Part shown: positions 1 through 9,419 of the stretch, one piece after another
How positions within the stretch are numbered: the first letter of the stretch is position 1
How the letters are laid out: each line of letters opens with the position of its first letter
IMG/VR virus record: IMGVR_UViG_3300021964_009400
Origin: a virus
Taxonomy: Duplodnaviria > Caudoviricetes
Strand: one strand, 5' to 3'
Length of the DNA: 64,000 nt
The notes under the pieces: model-generated
Seen by the model: only the letters and a program-made list of their open reading frames with translations
Told to the model about the DNA's origin: nothing
Databases searched by the model: none
Made by a program: the position numbers and the translations under genes

Positions 1-222
1 TTAGAAAAATCATGGACAGATGTTCAAAATAATTTAGGTAAATTCCAAAACTTATTTGGTGGAAACTTCAGAATAGTAGATAATACAGTTTATAGACCTA
101 TATCGAAAGAAGTTCAAAAAGCAGTTAATTCATTTGTAAGAAAACCAGTTTATAATCAAATTGGTAAAAAATGGATTGAAACTGCAAGAGCCTTAAAGAA
201 ATCAAAACTTATTAATAAATAA
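1..222 (+). CDS. C-terminal end of a protein cut by the window edge; possibly a phage P-loop kinase-like protein
   Basis: Frame 1 open from base 1 to TAA 220-222 (LEKSWTDVQNNLGKFQNLFGGNFRIVDN...); family guess from recall only. Confidence 0.5.
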   Translation, partial: LEKSWTDVQNNLGKFQNLFGGNFRIVDNTVYRPISKEVQKAVNSFVRKPVYNQIGKKWIETARALKKSKLINK

Positions 223-225
223 TCA

Positions 226-366
226 ATGGCAAAAGCATTTGGTATTGGTTCGATTTACAAATCACAAAGAAAAAAGAGACCAGGAGTTCACTCTAAAACA
301 AAGAGTTCTAACTCAAAAGGTGCTAAAAACTATGTGAAAAAGTATCGAGGCCAAGGTAGAAATTAA
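226..366 (+). CDS. small Lys/Arg-rich protein (46 aa)
   Basis: MAKAFGIGSIYKSQRKKRPGVHSKTKSSNSKGAKNYVKKYRGQGRN; fills the gap between two genes; below ORF-track cutoff. Confidence 0.7.
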   Translation: MAKAFGIGSIYKSQRKKRPGVHSKTKSSNSKGAKNYVKKYRGQGRN

Positions 367-378
367 ATACATTTAAAT

Positions 379-1389
379 ATGAATCATGCAATTATTTTTG
401 CAGGTTGTTCTTTTACTTATGGTGAAGGTCTTGAATTGTATATGGATACACCAAAGTGGATTAATCAAAGAAAATTAGTAACTCACGATGCTGAATTAAA
501 AAAGTTAGTTGACTATGAAAGTACTAAGTTTAGATTAAATAATAATTTTCCTGGATTAGTAGGAAATTATTTTAATATTAAACCATTACAACATCATAAA
601 AATGGTGGATGTTTTGCTTCAAGTACACGATTTATAAAAGAAGTAGAAGCGGTTATTAAAAAAAGAAAGAATTATAATCGTGGGTATGTTGATGATACTT
701 TAGTAGAATATTTTAACACTTCTGAAAACAAAAATATAAAGTGTATAATCATACAACTAAGTTCTTTAGATAGAGAACCATTACATTTTGATTATGATTG
801 TAAATGTGAAATGTGTGCAGGAACATTATGGGCATATTTTGGAGATTTTTATATTCATTTAAACTATCTTCACAACTTAATTACATTAAAAAAGAAAGTA
901 AAAAAACCACAATTTATTAAAATAAAATATTTTTCATTTATAATGTCAAAAATGTATAATAATTTTAATTATAATGAGTTTATTGAAAAATCAAAGGAAG
1001 ATAAAAAGTATTTTTCAGATATAATGGAAAATATAACAAATAATATTGATTTAGTAATTAACAAACTTAAAAAAGAAAGTTTGGTTTTAAATCAAAAATT
1101 AATAGAAAAATTTGAAAAAGAAATTGCACCTGTTTATTTTATAGATTCGTGGTGTACCCAAAGTTCAAATATATTCTGTGATAGTGAATTTTATTTTAAC
1201 AAAATGATACCTTTAAAGGGTGGTGATGATAGACATTATAAAAAATGGAATAGTTGGGAAAAAACATTGACTAACCCAACAATTCAATCAGATTTTGAAG
1301 AGACCGGAAATATGCACCCAAGTAAAGATTCTCATAAACTTATTTCAGAATCAATAATAAAATTCTTAAGTAAAAAAGTGTTTTTTTAA
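379..1389 (+). CDS. SGNH/GDSL hydrolase-like protein
   Basis: N-terminal FAGCSFTYGEG (catalytic Ser block) and C-terminal GNMHPSKDSH. Confidence 0.7.
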   Translation: MNHAIIFAGCSFTYGEGLELYMDTPKWINQRKLVTHDAELKKLVDYESTKFRLNNNFPGLVGNYFNIKPLQHHKNGGCFASSTRFIKEVEAVIKKRKNYNRGYVDDTLVEYFNTSENKNIKCIIIQLSSLDREPLHFDYDCKCEMCAGTLWAYFGDFYIHLNYLHNLITLKKKVKKPQFIKIKYFSFIMSKMYNNFNYNEFIEKSKEDKKYFSDIMENITNNIDLVINKLKKESLVLNQKLIEKFEKEIAPVYFIDSWCTQSSNIFCDSEFYFNKMIPLKGGDDRHYKKWNSWEKTLTNPTIQSDFEETGNMHPSKDSHKLISESIIKFLSKKVFF

Positions 1390-1440
1390 AAATTAGTATA
1401 TTTAATCTGGTATAATGGTTTTTATATTAGATTATAGATT

Positions 1441-1602
1441 ATGATAAACTTATCAGAACAAATAGGAAGAATTTGTAATATTTTAGAAGATGCAATTGAA
1501 GAACAAGATTGGAATCTTGTAAAAAAAATGACAGAAGAACTCGATGATATCTATGAAAAATTAGATAGACAAGAAAGTGGATTAGATTACGATTACGAAT
1601 AA
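1441..1602 (+). CDS. small acidic hypothetical protein (53 aa)
   Basis: Open frame MINLSEQIGRICNILEDAIEEQDW...DYDYE filling an intergenic gap. Confidence 0.6.
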   Translation: MINLSEQIGRICNILEDAIEEQDWNLVKKMTEELDDIYEKLDRQESGLDYDYE

Positions 1603-1611
1603 AATAAAAAT

Positions 1612-1998
1612 ATGATTATACCAATAGATATAAAACCCCCAAAAAGAGTAGAAAAACTATGGGGTCATGAACTTTGGATACATAATGATGAGGATTATTG
1701 TGGAAAATTATTGGTGTTTCCAAAAGAAGGCTCACACTTTTCTATGCACTATCATTTAAAGAAAAAGGAAACTTGGTATGTACAATCAGGTTCATTCCAA
1801 TTTAATTGGATTGATGTAGAAGATGGACAACATGATAGTAGAATCATTAAGGTAGGAGATTCAGTATTAATTAATAGAGGATTACCTCATCAACTCATAG
1901 CATTAGAAGATAATTCAACAATATTTGAAGTATCAACTGAACATTTTGATGAAGATTCATATAGAATATACAGAAACACACCAAATGATTTATTATGA
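1612..1998 (+). CDS. cupin-domain protein (sugar isomerase/mannose-6-phosphate isomerase-like)
   Basis: KLWGHELW, SMHYHLKKKETWYV and GLPHQL cupin metal motifs. Confidence 0.8.
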   Translation: MIIPIDIKPPKRVEKLWGHELWIHNDEDYCGKLLVFPKEGSHFSMHYHLKKKETWYVQSGSFQFNWIDVEDGQHDSRIIKVGDSVLINRGLPHQLIALEDNSTIFEVSTEHFDEDSYRIYRNTPNDLL

Positions 1999-2134
1999 CA
2001 AAAGTTAAAAGAAAATTTCCAACACACTACAATAACAAGGTAATGATTCAATCAATGGAAGAGCAAGGATGGAAGCTCAAATCTGTTGAAAAAGGACAAC
2101 CTATAATGGAAATGATTATTCAAAAATAATTCAA

Positions 2135-2180
2135 AAAAGCCATTGTAGTCTCAATTTTTTTTCGTAGCTTTACTATGTAA
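2135..2180 (+). promoter_or_regulatory. repeated early promoter cassette, copy 1
   Basis: CCATTGTAGTCTC at 2140-2152; TTG-N19-TAGCTTTA matches Bacteroidota -33/-7 geometry. Confidence 0.75.
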
Positions 2181-2193
2181 AAGATTGATAATT

Positions 2194-2418
2194 ATGATAG
2201 TAAAAAAACCAAAAACAACCCAAATAACAATTGATTTAACAGGACCTCAAGGTAATGCATATTATCTTTTAGGTTTAGCTAGTAGATGGTCTAAAGAATT
2301 ACAATTTAGTGATTCTTATAGAGATGAAATGTTAGAAAAAATGAAAAGTTCAGATTATGAAAACCTTATTCAAATTCTTGATGATGAGTTTGGTTCAGTA
2401 GTGACTTTTTATAGATAA
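2194..2418 (+). CDS. conserved phage hypothetical protein
   Basis: ITIDLTGPQGNAYYLLG motif; ATG 2194 downstream of promoter preferred over TTG 2185. Confidence 0.7.
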   Translation: MIVKKPKTTQITIDLTGPQGNAYYLLGLASRWSKELQFSDSYRDEMLEKMKSSDYENLIQILDDEFGSVVTFYR

Positions 2419-2476
2419 AAAATAATTGAAAAAAGCCATTGTAGTCTCGGCTTTTTTTCGTATATTGTATATGTAA
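2418..2476 (+). promoter_or_regulatory. repeated early promoter cassette, copy 2 (with AAAAAAGCC/GGCTTTTTT stem)
   Basis: 49 bp (2418-2466) identical to 48339-48387; TTG-N19-TATATTG. Confidence 0.8.
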
Positions 2477-2498
2477 AATTGATAAAACACCTTAAAAC

Positions 2499-4580
2499 AT
2501 GAGTAAATTTAATTCTTCATTTTGGTACGATGACTTCGATACAGATGATATCATTGTTGACCAACTATCCTCACAAGAAAAAAAATCTTTAGATTTATAT
2601 AAATTAGCATCATCCAAGAGAGCAATATCTAACTTTGTTAATATCGTAACTAACGAATCAATACCTGTTAGGTTCAGAGAAAGAGGAGATTCTTATACTG
2701 ATGGTAAATCAGTTGTTATTGGTAGTAAAATTACAGAACCAAAAGATTTTGATGTTGCAGTTGGTTTGGCTCTTCACGAAGGTTCACATATTAAACTTTC
2801 CGATTTTAACTTACTTCAAAATTTATACAATTTAATTCCTAATCATGTTAAAGATGGTTCTATTAAGAAAGGTATTAATCATCCTATGGATATTATTAAG
2901 AACCTTTGGAACTATGTAGAAGATAGAAGAATTGATAACTATGTATTCAAATCAGCACCTGGTTATAGAGGTTATTATAGAAAGATGTACGATAAGTACT
3001 TCAATGATAAATTGATTGATAAAGGTTTACAATCAGATGAGTTTACTTCTGAAACTGTCGAAAGTTATATGTTCAGAATTATAAATCTTCACAATAAAAA
3101 TACTAACCTTTCAGCTTTGAAAGGATTAAGAGAAATATATAAAATTATTAACTTAAGAAATATTGGAAGATTAAAGAGTTCACAAGATACATTTGATGTA
3201 GCCCTTAATATTTTTCAAGTTATCCTAAAATATCTTTCAGTATCTCAACCAGATAATGGTACAAATCCTCAACCACAAAAAGGTGGTGAAGGTCAAGGTA
3301 CAGATGGAAGTTCTGATGATTCTACAATGAGTGATGAGGAATTTGAAGAGTTTTCTAACTCAATTCTAAATGGTGATGTTCCAAGTGGTGGTTCGGATGA
3401 TACTCCAACTGGCGGTGGTGGACTTGATGTTGGTAATTTACCTGATAATATGGATGGTAAATCTTCGAGTGATAACTCACCATCAAAATCTTCAGTTCAA
3501 CTTTCAGATAGACAAAAAGATTTACTTAAAAAGAAGATTGAAAAACAAAAGAAATTCTTGGATGGTGATATCCAAAAAACTTCCATCTCTAAATCAGATT
3601 CAAAGAATCTAAACGCTATTGAAGAATCTGGTTCAGAATTAAAAGAGGTTGGTAAAGATATAAACAATTGGAGATATGGTAATGAAAGTGTTCAATGTAT
3701 CGTAGTTAAAAAACTTACAAAAAGTTTATGGGAATCACAATTATTTCCAATGACAAATAAAAATTATTGGAATACTGAAACGGAAGGGTTGGTTAAAATG
3801 TACTACCAAGAACAAGTTGATGCTGGTATTAAACTTGGTACTATGTTAGGTAAAAAACTACAAGTTAGAGGTGAGGATAGAACTACTGTTTTCAACAGAC
3901 AAAAAGTTGGTAGAATTGATAAGAGAATGATTTCATCTCTTGGATTTGGTAACGAAAATGTTTTCCAATTTACTGAAATTGATTCTTACAAAAAAGCCAA
4001 CTTACACATATCAGTAGATGCAAGTTCATCTATGGGTGGTGATAAATGGAAAAAAACAATGATTAATACAGTTGCTATTTGTAAAGCAGTTGATATGATT
4101 CCTAACTTGAATGTTCAAGTTACTTTCAGATGTACTCAAGATAACAAACCTTATATTGTAATGGCTTACGATAGTAGAGTAGATAAGTTCTCTAAAGTAA
4201 AACAAATGTTTCCTGGTCTTGGACCAAATGGTACAACTCCTGAAGGATTATGTTTTGAGGCAATCCAAAAACAATTTGTTCCAGTCAATAACGATTTGGA
4301 TTCTTATTTCCTAAATATTTCAGATGGACAACCTTACTTCCCTGGTCGTGGGTTCTACTATGGTGGTGTAAGTGCTGAAAATCATACTAATAAAATGATT
4401 AGAATGATTGAAGGTATGGGAATACAAACTCTAGCTTATTTTATTGGTGATTATGGATTTGATAATAGTTCTGATGAAAGAAGTTTCAAAAGAATGTATG
4501 GTAAAGGAGCTAAAATGATTGATGTTACAAATGTTAATCAAATTACAAAAACTATGAACCAATTATTCTTAACAAAATAA
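2499..4580 (+). CDS. VWA-domain protein with N-terminal HExxH region (CobT-like MoxR partner)
   Basis: ALHEGSH; low-complexity acidic/Gly linker; MIDAS-like VDASSSMG, later NGTTPE and NISDGQP. Confidence 0.8.
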   Translation: MSKFNSSFWYDDFDTDDIIVDQLSSQEKKSLDLYKLASSKRAISNFVNIVTNESIPVRFRERGDSYTDGKSVVIGSKITEPKDFDVAVGLALHEGSHIKLSDFNLLQNLYNLIPNHVKDGSIKKGINHPMDIIKNLWNYVEDRRIDNYVFKSAPGYRGYYRKMYDKYFNDKLIDKGLQSDEFTSETVESYMFRIINLHNKNTNLSALKGLREIYKIINLRNIGRLKSSQDTFDVALNIFQVILKYLSVSQPDNGTNPQPQKGGEGQGTDGSSDDSTMSDEEFEEFSNSILNGDVPSGGSDDTPTGGGGLDVGNLPDNMDGKSSSDNSPSKSSVQLSDRQKDLLKKKIEKQKKFLDGDIQKTSISKSDSKNLNAIEESGSELKEVGKDINNWRYGNESVQCIVVKKLTKSLWESQLFPMTNKNYWNTETEGLVKMYYQEQVDAGIKLGTMLGKKLQVRGEDRTTVFNRQKVGRIDKRMISSLGFGNENVFQFTEIDSYKKANLHISVDASSSMGGDKWKKTMINTVAICKAVDMIPNLNVQVTFRCTQDNKPYIVMAYDSRVDKFSKVKQMFPGLGPNGTTPEGLCFEAIQKQFVPVNNDLDSYFLNISDGQPYFPGRGFYYGGVSAENHTNKMIRMIEGMGIQTLAYFIGDYGFDNSSDERSFKRMYGKGAKMIDVTNVNQITKTMNQLFLTK

Positions 4581-4587
4581 ATGAAAA

Positions 4588-4642
4588 AAATATACGAAAA
4601 GCCATTGTAGTCTCAGTTTTTTTTCGTATATTTACTATGTAA
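4588..4642 (+). promoter_or_regulatory. repeated early promoter cassette, copy 3, flanked by a 13-bp inverted repeat
   Basis: CCATTGTAGTCTC 4602-4614; TATATTTA 4627-4634; AAATATACGAAAA 4588-4600 is the reverse complement of 4621-4633. Confidence 0.8.
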
Positions 4643-4680
4643 ATAAAAATAATATTAATAACTCTTAAAACTTAAAAATT

Positions 4681-5898
4681 ATGAATGAAATTAAAAAAGG
4701 TTATGTTCCAAATGAGGTTTACAAAGTTGAACAATTTGGTAACACTTTTAAATTAATTGACACAGCTGGTGTAAAAGTTGGTACTTTGGGTGCTACAACT
4801 GGTGTTAGGAAAAAGGCTTTCCAACAAGGAAAAGCTGTTCAAGCTTACATTACAAAAAATGGTAAGAAAATGTACAAAAAAGTGGATATGGATGTTTACA
4901 ACGCATTGGTTATTCCTATGAATACAGACCAAGGTGGTGTTCAGTTCGAAGATAAGAATGACCACACTGCTATTAAAGATTTTATCCACAAAGGTTCTGT
5001 TCAACTTAAACCACAAGAGTTGGTTATGGAAGAACTTAAGTGGAAGTATCTAATCAGGTCAGCAGTTAGGGCTAAAAATATAATGATGACTGGTCCAAGT
5101 GGTTGTGGAAAAACTATGGCCTCTAAGGCATTAGTGAAAGCTTTAGATAGACCAGATTTCTACTTTAACCTTGGTGCTACTCAAGACCCGAGAGCTACTT
5201 TAATTGGCAATACTCACTTCGATAAACAAAAAGGTACATTCTTTTCAGAATCAGCTTTTGTTACGGCAATCAAAACTCCAAATGCTGTAATTCTTTTAGA
5301 TGAGTTATCGAGAGCTCATCCAGACGCTTGGAATATCTTAATGACTGTTCTTGACCAAGGACAAAGATACTTGAGATTAGATGAGGCTGAAGGTTCACCA
5401 ATTGTGAATGTGGCTGAAGGTGTTACTTTCATCGCTACTGCTAACATTGGTAATGAATATACTTCAACAAGAGTTATGGATAGAGCAATCTTAGATAGAT
5501 TTGTTACTATCGAAATGGATGTTCTTGATGATGTTAAAGAATTAGGATTACTTAAGTTTATGTTTCCAGAAGTTAACGAAGATGATTTGAAAGCAATCGC
5601 TGAGATATCTCACCACACTAGAACTCAATCAATGAGTGAAAATGGTAAACTAACTTCAATGGTTTCCACTAGAGCATCAGTTGAGATGGCTGGTTTAATC
5701 TACGATGGTTTCGAACTTAACGAGGCTGCTGAGATTTCAATCTACCCATTCTTCTCACAAGATGGTGGTGTTGATTCTGAAAGAACTTACATTAAACAAT
5801 TGGTACAGAAGTATCAAAAAGATGAAAATGGTGAACCTCTATTCAATGATGTAGAGGAAAACCAAAAAGAGAATGAGGATGATATTCCTCAGTTTTAA
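4681..5898 (+). CDS. MoxR-family AAA+ ATPase (CbbQ/NirQ/CobS-like)
   Basis: Walker A GPSGCGKT, Walker B ILLDELSRA, sensor IATANIG, DRAILDRF. Confidence 0.9.
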   Translation: MNEIKKGYVPNEVYKVEQFGNTFKLIDTAGVKVGTLGATTGVRKKAFQQGKAVQAYITKNGKKMYKKVDMDVYNALVIPMNTDQGGVQFEDKNDHTAIKDFIHKGSVQLKPQELVMEELKWKYLIRSAVRAKNIMMTGPSGCGKTMASKALVKALDRPDFYFNLGATQDPRATLIGNTHFDKQKGTFFSESAFVTAIKTPNAVILLDELSRAHPDAWNILMTVLDQGQRYLRLDEAEGSPIVNVAEGVTFIATANIGNEYTSTRVMDRAILDRFVTIEMDVLDDVKELGLLKFMFPEVNEDDLKAIAEISHHTRTQSMSENGKLTSMVSTRASVEMAGLIYDGFELNEAAEISIYPFFSQDGGVDSERTYIKQLVQKYQKDENGEPLFNDVEENQKENEDDIPQF

Positions 5899-5925
5899 GG
5901 TTATCAATTATTTACAATGAAAGAC

Positions 5926-5953
5926 GAGAGGTGGTACTCACCTCTCTGATTTC
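5926..5953 (+). terminator. intrinsic terminator-like hairpin after the AAA gene
   Basis: GAGAGGTG-gtact-CACCTCTC 8-bp stem followed by TGATTTCT. Confidence 0.55.
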
Positions 5954-5981
5954 TAACCTTGAAACAATTAAATATTATAAT

Positions 5982-6191
5982 ATGATAGCATTACTTAAAG
6001 AAGATTGGTTAAAAGACCCAAATTTAAAAAAATGGAATTCAGTAAGATGTACTGAAAAACAGAATTGTACTTGTAATACAGATGACCACCATGTTGAGTT
6101 ATGGGAACAAGATTTTTGTGTTCGTGGAAGAATCGATACCGTAGTTTGTACTAAATGTGATTCAATTAAAACTTTTAGTATAATAAGATGA
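5982..6191 (+). CDS. small Cys-rich hypothetical protein
   Basis: CTEKQNCTC and CTKC; ATG 5982 chosen over GTG 5931, which lies inside the terminator. Confidence 0.55.
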   Translation: MIALLKEDWLKDPNLKKWNSVRCTEKQNCTCNTDDHHVELWEQDFCVRGRIDTVVCTKCDSIKTFSIIR

Positions 6192-6549
6192 AAGATGTTT
6201 TATTATTAATTTTAGAAGCAGCAATGGTTCATTTTAAAAAAAGTAGTGAACTAAATTCTGATAAAAAATCTAAAGATATTTATGAAAAGTGGTATAACCA
6301 AATTAACATTATGATTAATACAATTAAAAATGGTGGTATAAAATAAAATTATGAAAAAATTTGAATTAATTGATTACTTTATGGTATTTGCAATCATATT
6401 TTTTATGTTTGTAGGTACAATGAGTGTATTCAGTCAAACCTTTCACAGATTTTACAACTATTAGAAGAAGATGCTCCAATGATTGCATCTGAAAGAATCA
6501 AATTCTTAATAACAGATATTGAGAATGGTAAAATGGATGCAGGTAACCT

Positions 6550-6681
6550 ATGAATTATAAACCAGGATACTTAGTTGATAATGCATGGTGGTGTACTGAG
6601 TGTGGTTCATTAAATGCAGCATATCGAGAAACCTGTGGTGGATGTGATAAACCAAATCCAAAACTAAAAAAAGATGAATAA
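6550..6681 (+). CDS. RanBP2-type zinc-finger microprotein (43 aa)
   Basis: WWCTECGSLNAAYRETCGGC fits W-x-C-x2-C-x3-N-x6-C-x2-C exactly. Confidence 0.7.
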   Translation: MNYKPGYLVDNAWWCTECGSLNAAYRETCGGCDKPNPKLKKDE

Positions 6682-6976
6682 AATAGATGAGCACCAAAGA
6701 GAACTAATTACTGATTTTATCAGATTCTCTCATATGTGGATGAACCAACGAAAAAAACCAAAAATTACTGAAATTCAATTGGATACATGGAAATTTGAAG
6801 GTAGAAAGGGAATCCAAAACTTCAGACGGGTATTGGGTAATATACGAGAAGAAGGTGAGTATGATGATAGAGAACAAAAACAATTTTTGTTGGAAGCAAG
6901 AAATTGGTTTTTAAAAGAGTTTAAAAATCAATGGGGTGATTCTTATACAAACGTTTTTCCAAAAAGATATGAATAA
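6674..6976 (+). CDS. hypothetical protein
   Basis: 100-aa ORF overlapping neighbours, phage-like codon use. Confidence 0.65.
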   Translation: MNKIDEHQRELITDFIRFSHMWMNQRKKPKITEIQLDTWKFEGRKGIQNFRRVLGNIREEGEYDDREQKQFLLEARNWFLKEFKNQWGDSYTNVFPKRYE

Positions 6977-7130
6977 AAGATTATTAGAAATTTTAGAAAC
7001 TCTCAGAGAAGATTTTGAGATGTTACGAGATGGTTCTTGGGATTTAACTTATTCCGATGGAACTGAAATAGAATCATCATTAGATAATATAGAAGAAGCA
7101 ATAGAAATAGTTACGAATGAGCAAAAATAA
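6969..7130 (+). CDS. small acidic hypothetical protein
   Basis: ATG 6969 overlaps the previous stop region (MNKRLLEILETLRED...). Confidence 0.55.
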   Translation: MNKRLLEILETLREDFEMLRDGSWDLTYSDGTEIESSLDNIEEAIEIVTNEQK

Positions 7131-7234
7131 AGAAGATTGGTTAGAAGAGTTGGTAAAAAAGTATTCCATACCAACTGATGATAAAACCGAAAAAAGAGGA
7201 ATACTTTCAGAAACACAGATGAAAAATTTAAAAG

Positions 7235-7552
7235 ATGGGAAGAACTAAAGATTTATTTGATGTAGATTTTCAATTTGATTTTGAAATAAATCAAGAAGAT
7301 ATTGATAATGAATTAATGATGCGAAATGATTATGATTATCAATTCAAACAATGGAAAGAATCTGAAGATTATGTTCAATTTGTAAATGCAGAAATAGATA
7401 AAGCTAAACCTTTATACTCTGAATCAGATATTATTGATGCAATTCAATACGCATCATCCCATATTACTATTGAACCAAGTGAAGTTGGTAAAAAGGTGTA
7501 TGATATTTTATTTTCAGAAAAAATTCAAGAATATCTTAGTTTGAAAAAATAA
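7235..7552 (+). CDS. hypothetical protein
   Basis: 105-aa ORF abutting apt. Confidence 0.65.
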   Translation: MGRTKDLFDVDFQFDFEINQEDIDNELMMRNDYDYQFKQWKESEDYVQFVNAEIDKAKPLYSESDIIDAIQYASSHITIEPSEVGKKVYDILFSEKIQEYLSLKK

Positions 7553-7554
7553 AT

Positions 7555-8058
7555 ATGAATTATAAAGATTACATAAATGATATACCAAATTTTCCCATTG
7601 ATGGTATATTATACAGAGATATACAACCACTACTCGCTGATTCAACTGTATTTATGGATGTAGTAAAAGATATGGGTAGATTGGTTGATTACAGAAATGT
7701 AAAATATTGGGTTGGTGTAGAATCACGAGGATTCTTATTTGCATCAGCACTTGCACTTGTATATGGTGGTGGGGTTAGAATCGTAAGAAAAAAAGGAAAA
7801 TTACCAAACAGACAACTGGTATCAGTAAAGTATGGTTTAGAATATGGAAAGGACGAATTAGAAATGGCAAGTATTCCACAACACGATTTAGGAAGTTGCG
7901 TAATTGTAGATGATGTACTTGCAACTGGTGGTACTATTAAAGCAGCAGAAGATTTGTGTAAAATGGTAGGATTAGATGTAATTGATAAAATTTGTTTTAT
8001 GGATATTGGATTGTACGATGGATATGATGTAAAAAGTATAGTACAATATGTGGACTGA
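7555..8058 (+). CDS. apt: adenine phosphoribosyltransferase
   Basis: IPNFPIDGILYRDIQPLL, VESRGFLF, VRKKGKLP, PRPP motif VIVDDVLATGGT. Confidence 0.9.
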   Translation: MNYKDYINDIPNFPIDGILYRDIQPLLADSTVFMDVVKDMGRLVDYRNVKYWVGVESRGFLFASALALVYGGGVRIVRKKGKLPNRQLVSVKYGLEYGKDELEMASIPQHDLGSCVIVDDVLATGGTIKAAEDLCKMVGLDVIDKICFMDIGLYDGYDVKSIVQYVD

Positions 8059-8644
8059 TGATAGTTTATTAAGAACGAGTGATGATAAGATAATTTTAGT
8101 ATCAGCAACCCCACTAGAACATGGTGGTTTAGATAAACTAAATAATTATCAAATATTTCAGACAGGTATTGGAAAAATAAATTCTGCAATGAATTTAACA
8201 AAATTAATTCAAGAAAAAAAACCAAAAATAGTTATTAACTTTGGTTCTTGTGGAAATCTAAAAGATTACAAAGTTGGTGAGGTAATAGAAGTTGGAACAG
8301 TTTACAATAATATAGATGTAAGACCATTTGCAGAATATGGATGTACACCTGAGAGTGATAGTTGTGAAATAAAATTATCTGAAAGTGGAATAAAATGTTT
8401 TACAACAGACCAAATTTATGATAATACACGAAGTGATTATGCAGAAAAATATTTAGAAATGATTAACAAATGTGATATCGTAGATATGGAATGTTATTCA
8501 CTTGCATATGTTTGTAAAGAATTTGGAGTGGATTACAAATCTTTTAAATGGGTTAGTGATGATGGTAACATAGATACATGGGAAGAAAATGCAGCAATAG
8601 GATTTGAAAACTTCAAAAAAATATTAAAAGAATTACAATTTTAA
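8048..8644 (+). CDS. mtnN: 5'-methylthioadenosine/S-adenosylhomocysteine nucleosidase (PNP_UDP_1 fold)
   Basis: TGIGKINSA, INFGSCG, VDMECYSLAYVC, KWVSD. Confidence 0.8.
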   Translation: MWTDDSLLRTSDDKIILVSATPLEHGGLDKLNNYQIFQTGIGKINSAMNLTKLIQEKKPKIVINFGSCGNLKDYKVGEVIEVGTVYNNIDVRPFAEYGCTPESDSCEIKLSESGIKCFTTDQIYDNTRSDYAEKYLEMINKCDIVDMECYSLAYVCKEFGVDYKSFKWVSDDGNIDTWEENAAIGFENFKKILKELQF

Positions 8645-8645
8645 A

Positions 8646-9374
8646 ATGGATATAGCAGTTTTAGTAGATATAATAAAAGAAACAAAATCAAATTGGAGAT
8701 TTATATTTGAATCGCCTCTTTATGATAATATAAATTTTATACCAGGTCAACTTGTACAATTAGTAGCTAAACCATATGCTCCAAGTGAAGGTGGAAATGC
8801 AATACAAAGAAATTATTCAGTTGCAAGTTATCCTGATAATTCAAATAAGTTTGAATTAATTGTAACTTATTTATCAGGTGGTCAAATGAGTGAATACCTT
8901 TTTAAGGAATGTAAAATAGGAGATGAATTTGGATACAAAGGACCAATGGGAGTATTTACTTTACCAGATAATCTAATAGATAGAGATATCTATTTTGTAT
9001 CAACTGGTTCTGGTATCTCACCATTTCGTTCAATGATAAATTATCTTCATCAAAAGAAAATTCCATTTAAAAATATAAAATTATTCTTTGGTACTCGAAC
9101 CGAAGGTGATTTACTTTATAGAAAAGAATTAGAAAAGATACAAAAGGAATTACCAAACTTTGAATATGTACCTGTATTATCAAGAGAAGATAAGCCAGGA
9201 TTTAAAAATGGATATGTACATGAACATTATCTAAATTTGATTGATTGGAGTGTTGATACAAAGCCTTGGGTATATTATTGTGGTTGGGATAGAATGATAA
9301 CAGAAGGTAGACAGCATCTTGATGAGAGAGGATTTGAAATGTTTAAAGATATTCGTGTAGAAATATTTGGATAA
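8646..9374 (+). CDS. ferredoxin-NADP reductase-family FAD-binding oxidoreductase
   Basis: RNYSVAS, GGQMSEYL, STGSGISPFRSM, YYCG. Confidence 0.9.
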   Translation: MDIAVLVDIIKETKSNWRFIFESPLYDNINFIPGQLVQLVAKPYAPSEGGNAIQRNYSVASYPDNSNKFELIVTYLSGGQMSEYLFKECKIGDEFGYKGPMGVFTLPDNLIDRDIYFVSTGSGISPFRSMINYLHQKKIPFKNIKLFFGTRTEGDLLYRKELEKIQKELPNFEYVPVLSREDKPGFKNGYVHEHYLNLIDWSVDTKPWVYYCGWDRMITEGRQHLDERGFEMFKDIRVEIFG

Positions 9375-9397
9375 TTCAAATATTTTTCGTATATTTG
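9366..9397 (+). promoter_or_regulatory. Bacteroidota sigma-A type promoter
   Basis: TTTG (9366-9369)-N20-TATATTTG (9390-9397), exact consensus. Confidence 0.8.
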
Positions 9398-9419
9398 TAA
9401 AACACTTAAAACTTAAACT

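Noticed and set aside
2499-5898. Cobalamin biosynthesis (CobS/CobT cobaltochelatase)
   Set aside because: No CobN or other cob genes in the window; MoxR/VWA pairs are general chaperone modules
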